Shown in pieces: positions 15,401-28,200 of a stretch of DNA of 64,000 bases. Origin of the DNA: Paragordius varius (taxonomy: Eukaryota; Animalia; Nematomorpha); assembly GCA_964247055.1 (NCBI GenBank), contig OZ176054.1, forward strand, positions 7,688,001-7,752,000, read 5' to 3'. Numbering within the stretch: position 1 is the stretch's first letter; each line of letters starts with the position of its first letter. The position numbers and the translations under genes are program-made. The notes below the pieces were generated by a model. The model saw only the letters and a list, made by a program, of their open reading frames with translations. It had not been told where the DNA came from and made no database searches.

Positions 15401-15670
15401 ATCAATTTTAAACGAAATTTTATTTTATATAAATATTAAAATATATAGGTGATTTATAATCTTAAAAAACACATAATTTATTTTAGGGTGAATTCGAGTT
15501 GTTCGAGGGTGAATTTGAATTGTTAAGGGTGAATTTGTAAAGGTGAATTTGAATAAATGTATTAAATATAGTTTAATATATATATATTTCTATGATATAT
15601 ATTTTAGTGTCATGAAGTATTCCATCTTCTTAACGCCTACATGAGAAAGGATATGCGAGAAAATAGTTAA
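403..15670 (+). CDS. MYO15: Unconventional myosin XV, C-terminal tail (FERM-like 1, linker, MyTH4, FERM); 5' part lies upstream of the window
   Basis: Manually spliced in-phase GT-AG exons: 403-541, 1548-1663, 4948-5075, 5148-5241, 5311-5713, 6149-6428, 7050-7404, 8179-8693, 9392-9775, 10307-10404, 10490-10542, 11649-11899, 12236-12461, 12681-12758, 12906-13002, 13090-13391, 13912-14169, 14880-14963, 15032-15163, 15608-15670 (TAA). VFSPMEDVTDITELRNIFQQIVQD resembles MYO15A EVFYPKD...LLFRQILHD. Further matches are LLAISHSGIK, MyTH4 (ALDTFVAIMRY, EVYCQIIKQL, ERCVKGW, KYGGRKNVPS) and FERM (YILDV, FKRHMWSLPL, HYKQILADYL, LFGSTYF). Boundaries in the low-complexity exons are less certain. Confidence 0.88.
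2165..3910 (+). mobile_element. Decayed mariner (Mos1-like) element with transposase pseudogene, in myosin intron
   Basis: Frameshifted or stop-broken fragments occur in the Mos1 order: KQHLRLALF..QKK, ESHRLLVELY, DFNVKE..ELLDDD, *VPHNLNE (WVPHEL), RIVTGEEK* (RIVTGDEKW, 3348-3374), CYEPLKPG, ELAPSD (YSPDLAPSD, ~3640-3656), NWLDESYAAKD..F. TIR-like ends are accggtata (~2166) and attacacctggt (~3899-3910). Confidence 0.88.
2350..2999. mobile_element. hAT-type MITE family A, copy 1, nested in the mariner ORF
   Basis: Right TIR is gcacaacccta; the left TIR is shortened (gttgtgc). The 8-bp TSD is GTTGAAAG (2342-2349) / ATTGAAAG (3000-3007). Subterminal ggtcatgacc palindromes are present. Homologous along its length to 10573-11285 and 52079-52766. 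Confidence 0.85.
4420..4710. mobile_element. Fragment of piggyBac-like non-autonomous family C
   Basis: Shares cacacatgtcacg, atgttatataagtgcaaa and the cctcaatttgaat...tatccaaggg terminus with 17030-17575 and, reverse-complemented, with 52786-53350. Confidence 0.5.
5898..6132. mobile_element. Tc1/mariner-type MITE family E
   Basis: TA-flanked CAGT...ACTG ends with long imperfect TIRs (aattatacggacaaaacgtaaaaatataaagac / gtctttatattttaacattttgtccgtataatt). A related copy lies at ~63515-63819. Confidence 0.75.
7554..7780. mobile_element. MITE-like inverted-repeat element
   Basis: Imperfect TIRs atttatactggcctatttacattatcgttggtcaatt / aattggccaacaataatgtgaataggtcgcataaat. A similar core lies at ~29755-29920. 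Confidence 0.5.
7871..8121. mobile_element. MITE family D (TA-flanked), copy 1
   Basis: TIRs taccatttac...aaattcaccctaaaataaatta / taattaatttttaggatgaatttg...gtaaatggta with repeated aattcaccc units. Further copies at ~15249-15560 and 59178-59403. Confidence 0.8.
8932..9162. mobile_element. Near-palindromic Tc1-type MITE
   Basis: TA-CAGT...ACTG-TA ends. Inner arms aaatgggtataaatatttggtaaagaatggaaaaaacaagagctctatg / catagagttcttgttttttccattctttaccaaatatttatacccattt are almost perfectly complementary. Confidence 0.8.
10573..11285. mobile_element. hAT-type MITE family A, copy 2 (myosin intron)
   Basis: TIRs tagggttgtgc / gcacaacctta. The 8-bp TSD is GTTATACT / GTTATGCT. Confidence 0.88.
15249..15560. 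mobile_element. MITE family D, copy 2
   Basis: tataccgtttac...aattcacccttgaacaatt at the left; multiple gggtgaatttg units at the right. Confidence 0.7.
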
Positions 15671-16004
15671 TGCGCATTATTCAATTATTGCATTTATACA
15701 CCAAATATATTGACCAATGTATTAATATAAAAAATAAATTTAATAATGCTAAAATTTCTCAGATATATTTGATTTCCATAGGAATATCTGATTTTGTGAT
15801 ATAAAGCACAGGATTGAATCGAAATAACCGCTCAAACTACATTTTCCCTAAATTATCCCGCAAGTTGCATATAATTAAATATTTACTTAGGGTCATGCGT
15901 TCGTTTAGCAAAATAAAATTGCCTCATGTGAATGAGCCATGTGTAAAAGGTGGCTAAAATAGTTTCTAAAAATGTATTTTCTCACCATTTTAAAGTTCTA
16001 ACAG

Positions 16005-16188
16005 GGCTTGGAACCCGAGCCTAAATTTGAATCGGTTTCAAAAATTTTAATTGGATCCGGTTTCGGTTCTTTACATTTTTTGGTTCTAGAACCGGTTTTT
16101 TTAAAAACAGGAACATGTTCCAAAACGGTTTTTAAAATTTCAACTGTTCCGATTCTCATGGTGCAACAACGTTCTGGTTCAAGCAATG
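16005..16188. mobile_element. Degenerate hAT-like MITE
   Basis: Starts cagggcttggaacc and ends ggttcaagcaatg, with internal aaccg/cggtt subrepeats. No convincing TSD. Confidence 0.35.
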
Positions 16189-16224
16189 GTAATAACTTTT
16201 ATTGATAAAAATGGATATTGTTGG

Positions 16225-16732
16225 GTTTGAAACAATTTTCCAGAAAACATGTGGGCCCATCTAAATTTAATAATTAAAATGGCGTGCCTTTGGGGCTAAA
16301 TTTCAGAAAACCTACCAGGCCATATGAGTTCAATTGATGCTTAAAATTATAACCGTAACAATGAAAAAATTTAGGTTGTGCGGTATTAGACGTTAATTAG
16401 GCTCTCCACGCCCAGAAAAATGCGCCACATAGAATGAATTTTTAGTTTTGAAGCAATTTTCCCAAAATTAATGAGAGCATATGGAATCAATCATGATACC
16501 AGGTATTCTTCGTAAAAAGGCGAAAATTTTAATCCTGCGCTTTTTTTGTATCAGCTCTGAGGGAGCTGTCCGCCTAAAACTGCGCTACCATATCGAAATT
16601 GTGTTGTTTGGGAGTTAATTTTAAAAAACTTATCATGCCATATAAGTTTAATAAGGGCCTGAAATATTACCCTAAAAGGCAAAAATTTGAGTCGAGAGGT
16701 TTTTTAATTAGCCGTAAATTAGGCCCCCAGCC
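16225..16732. repeat. Helitron-associated ~310-bp module plus a Helitron fragment
   Basis: Reverse complement matches 50800-51230 (e.g. aaatttttgcctttt..ggtaatatttcaggcc) and 54090-54200. 16225-16257 matches the Helitron interior ggtccaacacgttttccggaaaattg. Confidence 0.7.
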
Positions 16733-17021
16733 GATTGTTAAAAAGTAATGGTTGAATGTTGTACATACCAACACTTACATGGTTAATATAATTGATTGTT
16801 AAAAAGTAATGGTTGAATGTTGTACATACTAACAGTTTCATGGTTAATATAATTGATTGTTAAAAAGTTCTGCTTGAATATTGTACATACCCACACTTTC
16901 TTCGTTAATATAATTGAGTGTTAAAAAGTTATGGTTAAATGTTGTACATACCCACACTTTCATGTACCCACACTTTCATGGTTAATATAATTTATTGTTT
17001 AAAAGTAATGGTTGAATGTTA
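16733..17021. repeat. 61-bp minisatellite, about 4.7 copies
   Basis: Unit gattgttaaaaagtaatggttgaatgttgtacataccaacacttacatggttaatataatt; copies start at 16733 and 16794 and continue with that period. Confidence 0.92.
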
Positions 17022-17029
17022 TAGAATTA

Positions 17030-18110
17030 AAAAGAGCGGTTTATTTGTATTATGTTAATTTTATAATTTCACACATGTCACGTTGAGGAAATTTTTACCT
17101 TTCGATTTCAGCTTAAAATAAGTAATAGCAAGTCTTTTTGAATAAATTTTTTTATATATTTCGGTTTATTAATGTTATATAAGTGCAAAATGCCATGGTT
17201 TCGATTCCTTCAATACTTTTTAAAGTATTTGATTTTAAACAGGCCTGGGGCATCCAACTACCCCAATTTGAATCGAAAAACTAAAATGAGTCCGTTGTAT
17301 CCAAGTGTTAAATAAAAAATTAGCTCTAATTTTACCCTTAAAATCAAATAAAGACGATATTTTGCAAAAATTTGTGAAATAAAAATGGCGTCAAAGTAGT
17401 TTGACATGGAACTTTTTCTTCTAAACAAAATTTTTTGGCAAATTTATATAATTTTTATAAGGATAGAAGCACAAGTTTAAATTGGGACAATTTTCTTCAG
17501 TAATTAATCTGGGGTATTTAGATACCCCAATTTGAATTGAAGTGTTAAAACGAATGTGTTGTGTCCAAGGGTTAAAAAATGCATATTTTTCAAAAATTTA
17601 ATTTTTAAATTTTTTTAAAGAGTACTTCATACTATTGTGCGTGGAAATGGTTATGAAACGCTTTAAGCACATTATAAAAACTCTTCTTCTATATAATATG
17701 ATGATGTTGAACATTATTTTCATTTAAGAAATCAAATCTAAAGGTTGTTTGATATAAAATTTTGGTAATGTTGGTAAAAAACACAATTTCTTTTTAACAT
17801 AGATTAGAAGATGAAAGGAATATATTAACACCTGGATGCAACAAATTGTTTCAATCCTTCGATTATAATTGGGGTAGTTGGATACCCTAAGCCTGTTTAA
17901 AATTGAACATTTCAAAATGTATGGCAGGAATTAAAAACATGGCAAAAGTTAGCACTTATTTAACATTAATGACCCAAAATACAAACGAAAATTTATTCAA
18001 AAATACATGATATTATTAAATAAAACTCATGGAAAAATATAGTCAATATGACTATCTGCACAAGGTAAACTCAAAAATAATACAAAACAAACCGTCTGTC
18101 CTATTTATAT
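17030..18110. mobile_element. Cluster of piggyBac-like family C pieces
   Basis: Termini tatccaagtg|TTAA (~17300) and gtgtccaaggg|TTAA (17571, TTAA 17572-17575), i.e. TTAA-CCC/CAC ends. An inverted piece (ggggtagttggatac) starts at ~17870. Confidence 0.5.
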
Positions 18111-19243
18111 CAATGTTAAATATGATTTAAAAAAGGTAAACTTAATTTTAGCCTTTGAATCAATTAAACACGATACATTTAATGTTGTTAACACAATAAA
18201 CATTTCTATATCTTTTGATTAATTAAATTCGTTTGTCTTTAAATATATGTCAAAGAATTTATGTTTTACCAAAATTTTAAATCTTTTCGAAATTCTGAAA
18301 CGATAGTTTTAATGATATCTTAAAGCGATTTTTAACCGTTATAAAAATAGTAAGTTAGCTTCAACATAATTTTGCTAATTATATTTATGGATATAGTTTA
18401 TTTTATTTTGAGTTATCCTATTTTTGCTTTTATTTGAAGAATACTAGGCCATTTTAGAAGAGCAAAAAAGTGGTGACTTTCGGAGCCCTTAAAAATTAAA
18501 AAATATTGTTTTGCTCCTAATATGCTGTTATGATATATCATGATATTTTTGTGAAGCCTTTGCCTTCTTATAATTTTATTTAAACAAATATTCGCAAATT
18601 TTTTTATTTTCCGATATGTATCACTTACCATAAAAGCGTAATTAACTTTAATAAATCACTAGTAAGGGTGAAAAATCAAAGATAATCATTCTTAGACACT
18701 TTCTTATCTGAATATATGCAGTATATTTTTATTGATATAAATATCAATAAGTAAAAAAGTACTGGTAAATAAATTATAAAAATTTTCCAAAATTAATTTT
18801 TTATAGTTTGAACTATAATATAGATTTATTTGCGTTTTGTATTCACGATTTACGAAATAAATGGTGGTGAAAAAGTTTGTGATAAAACTTTTTTACAATA
18901 GAACATTTAAAGAATTGTATCATGCGCCACGGCTAAAGAAAGATTATTTTTAAACTAGGCCCAATGGTAAATAAATTTTTTTAAATTTATCTGCCTTTTG
19001 TAAAATTACCCAAAAGCGTTAAATATTGGTCAACATTAAATAGTTATAAACTTTTCTAATTGTTTTAATTAAGAAATAACTTAATAAAAACAGATATATT
19101 TAAAACTAAAAGCATTACCTATAAATTAACACTGGCATAAAATGAAAACTGCAATCGCGAAAATTACATAAATGTTTTATTTGTAATATCACGTGAAAAA
19201 TGGCCGTAACTCTCTGCTCCATCTCGTAACCACCCTAAAATTT

Positions 19244-22200
19244 ATGGACTCATCAAGCCGCAGATCCAACAGGGTTAAAATCCCATCGTCAAAACTTTTA
19301 AATAATGATTTTGAATATGATTTGAATTCCAAAGTAAACGGTAAAGATCATATCCAGAAAAATTTTGTGTCCTTACCTAACGGAGTGCAAGAAGGTGAGG
19401 TGAAGAATACAAGCGACACTGAAAATTCAGTCATTAATACGGATAACATTCTGGTGTCTAACGGAATTGACGAATTTAGTGGCTATGAATTTAATTCTTT
19501 ACATTCAGAAGCAGAATCTGAATTGAATGATGAAATCCTTAAAAGTTCTTTTGCATCAAGCGAAGATGAATTAAGCAGTATAGCTAATATAGAGGATGTG
19601 CCTCTACCGTTGCCTAATTTAGACGAAAGCCAGGATTTAGACGAAACCACATTACATGATATAATATTACCTGAATCATCTTCAGATTTACCGATAAATG
19701 ATAAAAACAAGTTTTTACAAATCATGAGCATTTATGAAATTTTACGTCGTTTTAAGGGTATATTAAAATTATCTCCTTTTCGTATCGAAACATTTATATC
19801 ATCTTTGTATTCCCCTGAACCAAATAATTCTCTTATCACCGAATTGTTTTTATCACTTTTGAAAATTGTTTTAAAAGAAGACGATATTAAACACAATTGG
19901 TATGGGCCAACAGATGTAAAAGATAGTATTAATATTACATTTTTTTCCCTTGACAACGTTACTTGGCCAGAAATTGCATATCTTTATATCAAATGCGTAA
20001 TGTCTCATGCTAAATCGATTGAACATGTTGAACTACTAAAAGATTTTAATCCAAGTAGCTCCCTATTTGTATTTTCAACCGAAGACAAAATAAATGCGCT
20101 ACAAACCTTGACTAATATTGTTTTAGCCTCAAATTTTGTTCGTAATGAAATTGCGGCCGAAGGAATTATTAAACACGATGAAACATGCCGAGCTTGTCAT
20201 AAATTAGGTAAAAAAAATATATTCCGGCCCAAAAAGTTTTTTAAAATATGGAATCGATTTCAAAGTTTTTATATAATTGCAACCGGTTTTAAGGCTTAAT
20301 CTGCAAATTGTTCAAAATCTTAAGAATTGGCCATTTTTTTTGGTTTTGGTTTTATTAAATTTTTTATTGTTTTTACATTTTTTTGGTAAGTTTGTAAATT
20401 TAATTACGCATTATAATAAAAAAAATATATTCACGATTGTAATGGTTATTAAGGGTGACCGTCCTGCTGCTTTATTTTTCACATTGCTAAAAAAATTATA
20501 CTACTGTTACCAAACTCTAAAAAAAGACATATTTTATATATGTATGTAATTTTCAGGTCAACTCATATGCTGCGAAACGTGCCCAGCCGTTTACCATTTG
20601 GAATGTACCGTACCACCCCTAACCTCAGTCCCCGACGAGGAATGGGTTTGTACACTTTGTAAGGCTAATCAGGTTGCTGGAGTCACTGACTGTATTTTAC
20701 CAACCGAAAAATCGGGAACACTAATTAGGCAAGAACCTTTGGGGACGGATCATCAACACCGCAAATATTGGTTCCTAGCCAGACGACTCATAATGTATGA
20801 TGAATAATTTTTACAGATACATATTTTACATTGTTAGTTTTTCATAATGGATTGTCAGATAGCAGCAAAGATGATGTTATTGGCTAATAGAAAATAGCTT
20901 TAAGCCAATTATATATCTCTTTGCTGTATATGCTATATGGTAATTTCTAATGATAAATTAGCAATTCACTTTTAATACCGTAATTTGATATTTTAAAGCG
21001 TTTTAAATGAGATTGGTTTATTTACAATGGTGCACAATTTATTTTAATTAGTAAAGTTTGATTTTATAATTATGGAAAATTAATTGTCAAATGGAAAAAA
21101 TGGGTAAAGGAATGGAAATCCATTATTTCCTTTTCTCCCCCTTAAAAATACTATTACTTATTAAAATACAAAATTTACGATTTTGTAATGATATATATAT
21201 ATAATGTAACGAAGAATACTTATATTGTTTTCAAAGCGTTTCTGTGTTCAAATTTTCCAATTTAGGTAAAGCTTAATAGATGATCAATAAATATTTATGT
21301 TACATCTTAGTGAAGGCGATAATGAATTGTGGTATTATTCAACCAAGGGTAAGATTGATCAACTCCTGGGCTGTCTTCATGCCAAATATGACAAAGAACT
21401 CATTTCCGCACTTCAATTTCACCGCACGTTCATGAATGAAGCATTTGACATAACTATGCGAATTACGAATTTAGTTAAGAATCGAAAGGCTTTGTTGGAG
21501 GCTGAAGAAGGTTTGAAATTTTAATACCCTTTGTTGGCCAATACCGATAAAATCTTTTAAAATATGAGAAAAAATGTATTTCTCAAAGCCATTTTTAGAA
21601 AAAAACTACCAAAAAACCTATGTAAATTTAAAATAAAAAGTGTATTACCCAAATCGTAATTTTGATCATAGGCATTGAATATTTAATTTGAAAATATTAC
21701 GTATCAAGTGTAATGGAAGTGTTTAGCATTTTTATCACGATTTTTTTTTTGGTAAAATAGGTAACACAAAAAATCGCAACTTAATTAATTTTTTAGATAA
21801 TAACCAATTTTTGACATTTGACTCTTTTTCTCAAATATTTACAATTTTTTTATTTTAGATAATATTTTCATAGTGAATTTTATTTTCAATTTTTAGAATA
21901 CAATAATTTTGTGTTAACTCCATCTGTGTCTTTAACCACCCAAATAAAAGAGGATGAAATTAACAAAAATGAAATATCAAACACTTCAACCAATAATAAT
22001 AACATTGAGGCTAAACAAATTTCTAATGTGACCTTTAATAAAATACCCACTATCACATTCGAAAAATTTCTACAACAACAATATAATTGCAAGAAGGAGG
22101 ATTTATTTTGTTTAGGTAATACTTAGTGTAAAACAAATATGTCTTTTAATATTTTTTTATTATTAGCTCTATAGCACAGGGACACTAATATTTTTACTTG

Positions 22201-25200
22201 GTTTTTTTATTTTTTAATTGAAATGATATGAAAAACTATAATAATCTCAGTAGTATTAATTCTCACTCGTACACCATAGATTACATTTTTCCTTGCTTAC
22301 ACGAGTTTTATACTAGGTTAATAAAAATGTATTTAAGTTTTTATTATAAACCAATTGAATACACCTTGTATATAATTGTAAGAAAAAAATTATATTGGAT
22401 AGATTTACATCTAAATTTAAATTTCCATATAACCAATTATATTCCTATTCTCGCATATAAACACATAGGTCAAGAGGCCGGATATCGTTCCTACGTTAAT
22501 CAATACGTGCATAATGCATTAGCCCTGAGTAAACAGGCCGCAACTGAGGAGAGAGATAAACGCCGCTATTTATCAAACAAATTTCCTTCGCTGCATAGCT
22601 CGACATCATCAGCGACTTCCTACGATTTCCGATGGCATATGGGAGCGCCTAGTCTTAATCCTGCTAATAATTCATCCCAAAACCATTTTTTACTGTGGAC
22701 CAATGAGGCACAATTGATTCAAATTTTGCGTGCGACAATGATTGCTATTGAATCACGGATCCCTATATCACTTATGCATGGAAGTTGGAAGATTTACAAG
22801 TACTCTCTTTCTTAGATTGTGTTTTATGAATGGACTCTGTAGGGAGAACCAGGACGATTAAAAAATGATTGCTAATTTATTTCCCCTTTTTTCAACACAG
22901 TTTAAACTCGTGTTTTAACTATTGTCTTTTGTTAATTTGAAACATAAATGTTTACATTAATCAAAATATATGACTTTTGATTTTGACAAAATTCTTTATA
23001 ACCAAAACGATTTCGTTAGATCATTTTTTATTCAAAAATATAAGCCACACATCGGTTTCCCTGCTTTTTAGGGTTAATAAAAAAACATTGTTTTTATGTT
23101 ATACCTTTTTATTATTGCAGGGATAAATGGATAAAAGCTATACAAATCTGTACACAGGTCAAAGATTTTTCCTTTGCTTTTGCAATTTTTGAATGTGCAA
23201 TAAGGCCTGTCGTGTTCACCAATACGTGGCAAGAGGGATTGGGTATAAATCTTTTCTCAATGCTTTATACGTTTTCAATAAATTATATTTTTAGAAAAGT
23301 GTTAGTTGAAAGTTTGAGATGTATTTTTTAGAACCTTTAAATAATTTCTCCAAATCATATCAAGTTATTAAATGTTTATTTATAGTTTATAATTAATTTA
23401 TAAACGATATTTTGCCAGGTCACACCCATCTTCGATTATACACTCAGACCGAACGTGATGAAGCCAAAAAGCAGCAAAAATTGGGGTTAACCCATACTCC
23501 AACCTTTGGTAGGCATATTTTTTTGAATTATTTAATACAATAACTTGCTATAAGGATGCCGATTATGAGAAAAGTGTATCGTATTCAACATCATGACTTT
23601 TTTTGAGGGGGAATTAAAATTGGTTTAAATAAAATATAAACTAACATTTAGTCTTTTTTCAATGATATTATATTTGATATTAATCTCATGTACGAAAAAA
23701 ATATTATATATAATTTTCGTTTTTCTCGTTATTTATAAAATACCCCAAGTTAGTAATTAGGAAGATGGACTCAACTTAATTAATTTTAATTAAAAAACTA
23801 GGACCTTATACATAAAATTCACATAAAAGTGCATGATGACATTTTTTTAGTTTATGGGCATTGCTTTTTCTTAAAATCCCATTAGACAGGGGGACCAGCT
23901 ATTTGTGATATTTATGGGCATTAATAAATAATATTTGTAGTAAAGTAATTAATATTAGGAGTAAAGAAATTAATATTAGTGAAAATAAAGAAGAAACAAA
24001 GGGCCATGGTGCACGAGTCATTACCATACTCATTAAATAATAATTATTTTTTACTATTAGTGAAAGAAAGGGCATTTATTGAGTATATTATACCATACTA
24101 CTACTTAATATTCCTTCACTTCATTAGTAAATAGTAAAAAATAATTATATTTGACAGGCATAATAATGCTTACTCATGCACCACTTTGTTTCTTTTTTTA
24201 TTTTCACAAATATTCATTTCTTTACTCCTAATATTAATTTCTTTACTACAAATATTCTTTTATTTAATCCACTGTAATATCTATTATTGTTTTAGATGAT
24301 TTTGATGGCGAGAAGTCAAACACGCCTGTCACCAACAAATCTTTCTATAGCAAAAAATTATCCGCTGCCAATTATGCTCTTTTGTTTAGGGATTACATTG
24401 CCATAGGCAAGCAAATGCAAGAAGATGAAACTCTCATTGTTATGTCTGAAACGGGTGATTCAACCACACCCGGCTATTATTGGATAAAGTATCCCAAATT
24501 CCCTCGTGGACTCCCTCATTCGGTAAATAATGAGTTATTTTATAATTCAAATGTTGCGGAAATCTTGTATAAAACTAGTTTTGTCAATAAGAAAATTTTT
24601 TAGACAGTAAACCGCCATTTATCTATAATTTGTTACAGTATCTATCATTTGAAAATTAATTGATTTATTAACGATTGTTTTACGTCTAGATCTGAATACC
24701 TACCTATTTATATCACATCTATATATTATAAATTAAGGTATGGAAAATGAAGGGTGAATATTATCGGATTATTGGCAGTGGAGGCTGGTTCTGGGTTTCA
24801 AAGACACGAACATTCCCCAAATTCATATCTTGTAACACATCTCATGCAAATACTAAAGGTTAATGATGGAATAATGTTTAATTTTTTAGAAATTTAGTTA
24901 AAATATTCAACATTTATTAAAATAGTTAAAACACACACACAGCTTTTTTTCAATTTTGTTAAAAAATTTATATGCTTTTTAAAAATAATGGATAATTTTA
25001 GAAAAATTTAACCATATAAATTTTGAGATATTGTCATTCCTATGATCATACCTTTAAAAAAATCTAAATTGTAGGAAAATAATAAAAACTTAGTTAACAT
25101 CAAAGATACAGTTTATCACGTATTGATTATTTAATAAATTTTAAAAATTTCATTTTTAAAGTTAACAAACGAACCCTTAATTTGCCACGGGAACTAGTTT

Positions 25201-28200
25201 TTAAAATTGATTACGCAAATTATAAAAAACTATAATTAAACATTTAGTTGATGACAAATTATCCATTGGAACACACTCAGGATTATTCAATGTTTCAGAG
25301 GAATTAATTAAAAAGGCTCCAATATGTACCCAAGACCACATTGCCAATTTTGATCGAACTATTGATGATGTACGGATCGATAAACGTTTTTGCCTAGATT
25401 CTATGCTTGAAATAAAGGAACAAACCCTACAAATAGAAAATGATGCATTAACATCCGATTTAGCTCAATTACATAAAACTTTGGATTCATTGGGTTTTAA
25501 CTTATCGATCGTTGAAGAACATCAACTTACATACTGTAAGATTATGCCTCATTCAAACAACCCTGACCTTTTTTATACGTTTGAGCCCAAGGAATCCTTT
25601 AAGAAACATGAAATTATTAATGGACAACTAGTAGAAGAACAAATAAGTGAAATCGATTCACATACAACGATTGAGGCGGCACCAAAAGAATTATTTTGCG
25701 ATGAGATGAAGACCGCTTTTATTTCGTACTTGAGTAAGTTAGATCGATTAAAGACAAAGTATGAAACCAAACTTTTTCCTACCTCTTTAACTCAGCAGCA
25801 ACCACATTCCCTCTATAATACGCTGCGAGTCTCTATGGGCAAAAAACCTAAATTACGTAAAGTAAGTTATTTATTTGAACGGATGCGATATTGTTATTGT
25901 TGATTAAATATAGAGCTTGATTGGGTTGAATAAAATTTAAAGATTACAAAACAAAGGGGCATTATAAATTTGAAAATTGTAACATTTGCATATAACTATA
26001 GTATACGAAAAACTTATATAGTTTACGATGTAATAATAGTTATATAAATCTAATCTTGAAAAAGTTTTCAGCATGCATAAATGAAAACATAGTTATAAAG
26101 CTAATAGGGCTTTTAAATTCACCTATCTCACCACCATTATTTTTAAAAGTACATTTAAGTTTAACTCAATTTCCTTTTTATAGGTGTACTCAAAATTAGT
26201 CGTACCATTAGGGACCAAATTTATCACCAAGCGTTCACATAAGCGTTCAATTTTCATCGCCGCCGATCATGAATTACGTAGACTTTCTCGTTTCCTTAAT
26301 CATTATTGGCATACTGGACGTTCGGGTCATTTGACAAACACCGTTTTATACGCAAACCCCAAATACTTTGAGGTCCATGGTTTTTCACAAACAGCTAAAT
26401 CTAACACGCTCTTTTGGCCATATCCATGTGCTAGGCCCACACTCAAAACTAGTATTTTACACATTACATACATATATTAAGCTGATATCTTTTAAAAAAA
26501 GTTCAGCACCTAAATTGTCATGAAAAATTATGAAAGCTTTAAAACTAGCCTGTCGGAGGCTGACAGCAAAATACAAAAATAAAAATTTAAATAATAAGAA
26601 CAAAGCGTAGAAACTAAATGACAATAAGATTTTTTTTAATCATTGATGTATCCTACAATTATATAATTTCAATTTTAAAATATATAAATGAGTGTTTTGC
26701 CAAACCTAAAATATAAAGGATGGTTAATTTTATTCAGTATTTTTGTCTTTTCTCTGTATTTTAATTTTACCTATTTCATGATACCAAAATAATTATTTAA
26801 ATGTTCTAAAGCTTGGCGTTATCCAACCACAGTATCCCTAAAATAACACTTATATTGATATATCAGCTAAATGAAAAATTATATTTATAAATTAGAATTT
26901 TTTAGCGTGGCGATATCCAACCTCTCTATCTATAAAAGAAATATGCATTTTTTTTATATATGTTTAAATGTGACATAACATTTCCTACTTTCATTTTTTC
27001 TCTAGCATGGCGATACCGAACCGCACTTGCAAACACCCTTCATACACTTTGCCTTCAACTCAAAATCCTTTACTATGCCATGTTATGGGAGGAGATGTCA
27101 GTTAAAGCACCATCCGGTGGTATTCAAACGGTAACAACCGAAGAGGACATAACCACAACCGAAATTTTACGGAGGACAGAACCGGTTTATCCAGGGGCCG
27201 AAGCCAAATATTTGGTTCGCAAGATTGTTGTCCCCCTAAGTATGGCAAATCAGCTTAAAGAACGTGAACGTTATAACACCAACAACTCCTCAAACATTGC
27301 TAATGCTGCTGCCAGTTTGGGATTATCGGAAAAGGATGTGGATGCCTTAGGGGGTAAGGCTATTATTGATCAATTAGTGCGATTCGCGAAAGCTTGATGT
27401 GATAAATTTGTTGGCTTTTTTAGGAGTTTGGTTAGCTTTTAATGTATTACACTTTTTGTGTCGAGTGCCAAAGTTTGAACCCCTAAGTATGTATTTTTTC
27501 CATTATTAGTGTCACCCCTTGGTAGGCGAGTGTTAAAGCTCTTACAGTCCTGATACAATTTATATCCTTACTATTTAATATTAAAATGGGAAAAAAGTTT
27601 TAAACTGCATATTTTTTGCCAGTTTGATAATACAATGGTTTATTTTTAGAGAAATATCATACATATTTATGATTACGGAGTATTTATATATAGCTATAAT
27701 GATTATTATCAAATTGAACATTGCAATGGAAAATTGATGTATTTTTGCTAAATTTTATTTTTGATTTTATTTGTGATTATTAAATAGACAAATATATTAT
27801 ATATTAATCAGATGTGGTACCGATACGAACAAGCGCTCGTGTTAAAAAAGCATACACCGAACCGGATAAGAATGCCCAGCCAACTGTCTCTGAATATTGG
27901 GTTTCTGAACGTCAACTCCAGCTTTGGCAAATCAAATTATTTCACGATAAGTATAAATTTTCTCATAAGTAAATTTAAAACAACAATTATATTTACGGGA
28001 AGGTAAAAAATATCATTGAAAGAAACACCATTGAGAAAATATTTGAATATATAGTTGGACATTTTATGTAGAGGTAAAACTAATTGATGGTTTTTTTTGT
28101 ATTCATTTATGCATCAATGTCATTTTTTCAAAAGATGCTATCATAATTTGTATTTTTAACATGATATTACATTAACATAGGTTTTTATTTAACATGTCTT

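Noticed and set aside
15608-15670. Possible frameshift in the last myosin exon
   Set aside because: Careful reading gives an intact frame, CHEVFHLLNAYMRKDMRENS*.
15998-16205. Paired ORFs on opposite strands
   Set aside because: They coincide with a degenerate MITE rich in aaccg/cggtt repeats and show no protein features.
16733-17021. Regular repeats as a CRISPR array
   Set aside because: The units are contiguous 61-bp tandem copies with no unique spacers, in a eukaryotic context with no cas genes.
19193-19243. ORF-track start of BPTF at 19193
   Set aside because: That codon is GTG; the first in-frame ATG is at 19244.
19483-19956. Minus-strand ORFs here and at 8327, 8356, 9411, 25573, 29245, 32681, 35140, 38326, plus the plus-strand ORFs 48699/48868
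   Set aside because: They are antisense shadows of real exons.
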